Positions 63,619-64,000 of a stretch of DNA of 64,000 nucleotides are shown here, piece after piece (the first letter of the stretch is position 1; each line of letters opens with the position of its first letter). Below the pieces are notes generated by a model. The model saw nothing but the letters and a program-made list of their open reading frames with translations, ran no database searches and was not told the origin of the DNA. Both the position numbers and the translations under genes were made by a program. The stretch covers positions 4,774,001 to 4,838,000 of the forward strand of contig NC_090340.1 in NCBI RefSeq assembly GCF_035084215.1. Direction: 5' to 3'. Source of the DNA: Heptranchias perlo. Its lineage: Eukaryota.

Positions 63619-64000
63619 CCTCAGTAATGCACATTGAAGTACTGGAACGCTTAGTGTGAGTAACATATCCTATTGATATTTCAGTGTTGCTTCCACAGAC
63701 CAAGCAAGAGACGGATTTTGCACTGACTTCCGCGTCTCTGGATCTGACCGGCTCCCAGGAACTGGCAAGAAGGAAACAGAAAGAAAACGTAGCGGAGTAT
63801 GCGGCGATCAGGATCAACAAGCCAAGGGAAGAATACGGGATTGTATAAACACCAGCAAATGTCCAGTGATGTTAAAGTCACACGGGGGATGGCCATCTTG
63901 GTGCCTGAAGAACACACCTACTTGTATTTTTCGGGGTGTTTGGAAACCGGATTGTCATTTATTGGAATGGGAGGAGTAGCAGCTTTTACTGGCAGAGAGA

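Larger units (their letters stand above)
51530..64000 (+). repeat. Segmental duplication unit 3 (paralogous to about 20260-36050 and 11300-20200)
   Basis: Colinear high similarity across exons, introns and shared TE insertions; runs off the end of the window. Confidence 0.92.

Overview
Vertebrate genomic DNA, very probably a shark or other elasmobranch. This is inferred from HER1/HE1-type CR1 LINE tails and Penelope pLTR-like sequences; the species cannot be determined. By eye, more than half the window is transposon debris: CR1 and L2-group LINEs, Penelope fragments, a Harbinger remnant, a MITE and a possible ERV env/PPT/LTR. The host content is a tandem cluster of three plus-strand copies of a non-rearranging, antigen-receptor-like IgSF gene. 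Its exons are leader (55 nt), germline-joined VJ-type V (321), C1-set (282), uncharged TM (114), cyt1 (44) and cyt2 (171, carrying YAVI plus an ITSM TVYAQV), giving about 328 aa. Copy 1 (11689-19924) is a multiply broken pseudogene. Copy 2 (25958-35635) is intact except for one TGA in the skippable C1 exon. Copy 3 (55621-63618) has a self-compensating frameshift in V and a dead acceptor on the signalling exon. Upstream of copies 1 and 3, on the minus strand, are two paralogous orphan terminal TM exons with a TM-proximal Arg and a 10-aa tail, the signature of activating receptors. This suggests a paired activating/inhibitory receptor locus undergoing birth-and-death. Two Penelope-type minimal hammerhead ribozyme motifs with covarying stems are also present. 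All exon calls are manual, based on splice sites, phases and cross-copy comparison; no database search was possible.
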